64,000 nucleotides of DNA. Origin: Fimicolochytrium jonesii (Eukaryota). Within the stretch, counting starts at the first letter, position 1; each line of letters opens with the position of its first letter. Location of the stretch: NCBI RefSeq assembly GCF_025526975.1, contig NW_026515687.1:1-64000 (forward strand), in the 5' to 3' direction. Below the pieces are notes generated by a model that did not search any database, was not told the origin of the DNA, and saw only the letters and a program-made list of their open reading frames with translations. Positions 61,389-64,000 of the stretch are shown here, in pieces. A program made the position numbers and the translations under genes.

Positions 61389-62227
61389 CGTTGATGCTGG
61401 CTTTGCTTTCTTGAGTGGTTTCGTTGGGCTTGCTGGGATCGGAATGCGAGTTTTTGGTTGAGCTGTCAGTGGGGAACTGTGATGATGCACGCAAAAATCT
61501 GGAAACCTCCACCCGTATTTATAACGGCTGGCTATCGGGATTCAATCACCGCTTTCTAATGAAATTGGGATGCGCTCATTTTGCAGCCCTACCGGTCTCC
61601 TACGGAACAGCATGGGTTGCGGAACAATCAATATGCTGTGAAACCAATATGGTGGCGTCGCTCTGTGTCAAATGCTCTGTCCAATCGTTGCGGCTTCCGG
61701 ACTCTGACATTCTTCATCATACGTACACATAACGAAAGCTGGTATTGCCCTCACCCTCTGATATGCTTCTGATGTCAGGCATGAGCGTTGGCCCTCTCGG
61801 CGCAAGCTGCTCGCCAACATCCATTGTCCAACTTGAAGCTGTCGAAAAAATGAAACACATTAAGCACATGACCAAGAGACACACGGAAGACGGATCTTTT
61901 CCATTGTATTTTCGTAATATACCTCATTCAGAGACGAGCTCTCTGAGGGATTTTTCAGGTCTGATGAACCGTCAGCTTTTTCACATTGGGTGAATGGGCA
62001 TGCGCATTGCGCATTACCTTGCCGGTTTCGCTATCCTGTCATACATGTACGTATGTTTTCCAAGTCGCGACACGTCACTGACGCGAAGTTTGGTAATCGC
62101 GTCGGCTGCACTGGACATGCATTCTGAATTTGAACCCCGTCCATAAGGGTCGGATGTGCAAACTTACGAGGTAGAAAGCAACAGCCTTCGATCAACAGTT
62201 ACTCGAGGCAGGAAAAAATCTGCAAGC

Positions 62228-64000
62228 ATGCTCAACGCGGAGAGCATCTTGCCAGATCCTCCTGGTCAGCAGGGGGGCCTCGCAAACAGCGCCGCCCGAC
62301 CCTCACCAATGGTACCGAGGTCTTCTGATACCAGCGGAACCGGCCTACCAAACGTTATACCCGCCAAGCGGAAATCGATTCCATACGTCCCTGGTGGACC
62401 CGAAGAGGAACACGCTCTACAGCGCGCTAGCGCACTGAAAGGGCGTCTATATACCGTCGTCAAGAAGGGCGAAGTCCCCCGCTTCGATGTCAAGCGTGTC
62501 GATCCAAAACGGGGTGGGGCAGCAGCAGCAGCAGCACATCGCTTCGGCTCCGGGGCGAGGTTGGAGCCGATAGAAGCGCATGAGATTGGACGATCTGATG
62601 GGGCGGGTGCACGTTTAGGAGGGAAAACTACAGATGCATCGCGACTGCGAGCGAGACAGGCGCAGGTTATCCCGGCCAGTTCGGCCCGGTCTCATTCAGC
62701 GAGGCGGATGCTTGATAGGGCAAGACAAATTGTTGGAATGGAGGAGATGACTCCGGCGCAGGCCAACCAGGCTGTCGAACTCGGAAAGCCTGCACTTAAC
62801 GTGATTCCACCCATCGCTGGTGATGTTGACCGGGAAGATGACTCCAAACGTTTGAGGGTGTCAGGAGTTGCGGATGATGGCTCTGATCGGGAACTAGTCT
62901 CCCGGCAGCGGTCCGGGACCGTGGCAATTGAAGACGAGACGCAGAAACGACATGCGAAAGAGCTATTTGCATACATCAAACATCTCGAGAATCATCCGCA
63001 GGGCAAGGAATTCCAATATATGAACCCAATAAAGACGTCGGTGAAACGGGGTCAACCGACGTTTAATCCATATAATCTGCAACTAGTAGAATATGCCGAC
63101 ACGGATAAGACGGAGGGATACTATACCATAAGTGCAGCGGTAAGCCCATACTTTTGCCTGGCTTATCGTTCGTCCATTCTTGTTAGCTGATGCATATTCC
63201 ACTAGGGGGTGACTCATTTCGATGTTCATGGGCACGGCGACTTTACGCCTCTTGCGCAATGGAAACGCGAATACGATCTTTTCCACTCTCTCCTTCGCAT
63301 TCCATTTTTCGGACACTACCGACTGTGGAAATGCTTCTCCCAATGGCGCAAAACGGTTTTGCAAACCAAAATCGCGCAGATTCGTCGGAGATTGGCAAAG
63401 AACTTGTTTGTTGTGCATCCAATCTTGCGCACGGCACTACTCAAGATTCGCGCTTGCTGCGTTGATATCGTCCTGACGAAGAGGCTGGTCAAGATCGAGC
63501 CAGATAGAAGCTATGAGCTTCTGGACTTCGTGCGCGAGCAGAAGGACTGGATTGATCAAATTAGTGGTGGCACACTGAAGGAATGGGAAGATCAAATCCG
63601 GAAGCTGGTGGAGGACGCCGGAGTGGCTTGTTTGAAGGAGAAGGGTTTCGATGTACAGATCGATCAAGAAGAAGGCGAGGAGGAAGAGAGCATGGAGGTT
63701 ACGGAGCAAGCAGTGCCGGACGTAGACGCTCCTGTCTTGGCTATAGTCAAGAAGGCTGAGGGAGAAGTCGCCGAGCCGCGAAAGCTGACTTACACGGAAC
63801 AAGCAGCGCGGCGAACAGAATGCCGCAGACTGCAACGCTTTGTCAAATTGGCAGATTACATGATCGTGACAACCTTGCATCTGCTCACACTGGAAAGCGT
63901 GCGTGATCTGCTTCGCTTTGTTTTCAAGGGCTGCGTTGATGCCGACGTCGAGGTAGATGGCGCTGGGGGCGGAACCATTACCATCAGCGATCCCGCCATG
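62228..64000 (+). CDS. DNAH6: Axonemal inner-arm dynein heavy chain (DNAH6-like), N-terminal part; runs off the right edge
   Basis: FNPYNL..V...YYTISAA/GVTHF...FTPLAQWKREY..F...IPFF..YR.WK.F..WR...LF..HP.LR; LTYTEQAARRTECRRLQRFVKLADYMI; intron ~63140-63205. Confidence 0.82.

Overview
Gene-dense, intron-rich eukaryotic DNA with short GT-AG introns. It is most likely a flagellated (chytrid-type) fungus, inferred from fungal-type housekeeping genes plus an axonemal dynein heavy chain. The first ~7.2 kb is a transposon nest. It holds a decayed Ty3/gypsy retrotransposon cut off within gag, a degenerate Crypton-type tyrosine-recombinase (Ndc10-like + GCR1_C) DNA transposon, and a TA-flanked Tc1/mariner-type MITE. 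The Crypton 5' flank carries a chimeric tRNA-Glu-like Pol III unit and (CCCTAA)4 telomeric repeats. The rest has about 23 genes: divergent B-type cyclin, bacterial-like YycE/VOC protein, SCD6, RPB8, LtrA-family protein, meiotic HOP1, eIF3c, YOS9, a putative axonemal microtubule-inner protein, an LRR (STK11IP/nischarin-like) protein, COA6, a disrupted orphan with a Josephin-like fragment and a perfect 48-bp hairpin, an OSCA/CSC1 channel, NDUFB10, NOP4, a ZIP transporter, an orphan membrane protein, a golgin-like protein, RPC40, NDUFA7, a secreted orphan, RAS, a spliced three-module 18-Cys metallothionein-like gene missed by the ORF track, and the 5' part of a DNAH6-like dynein. All family calls are by-eye motif recognition, not database searches.
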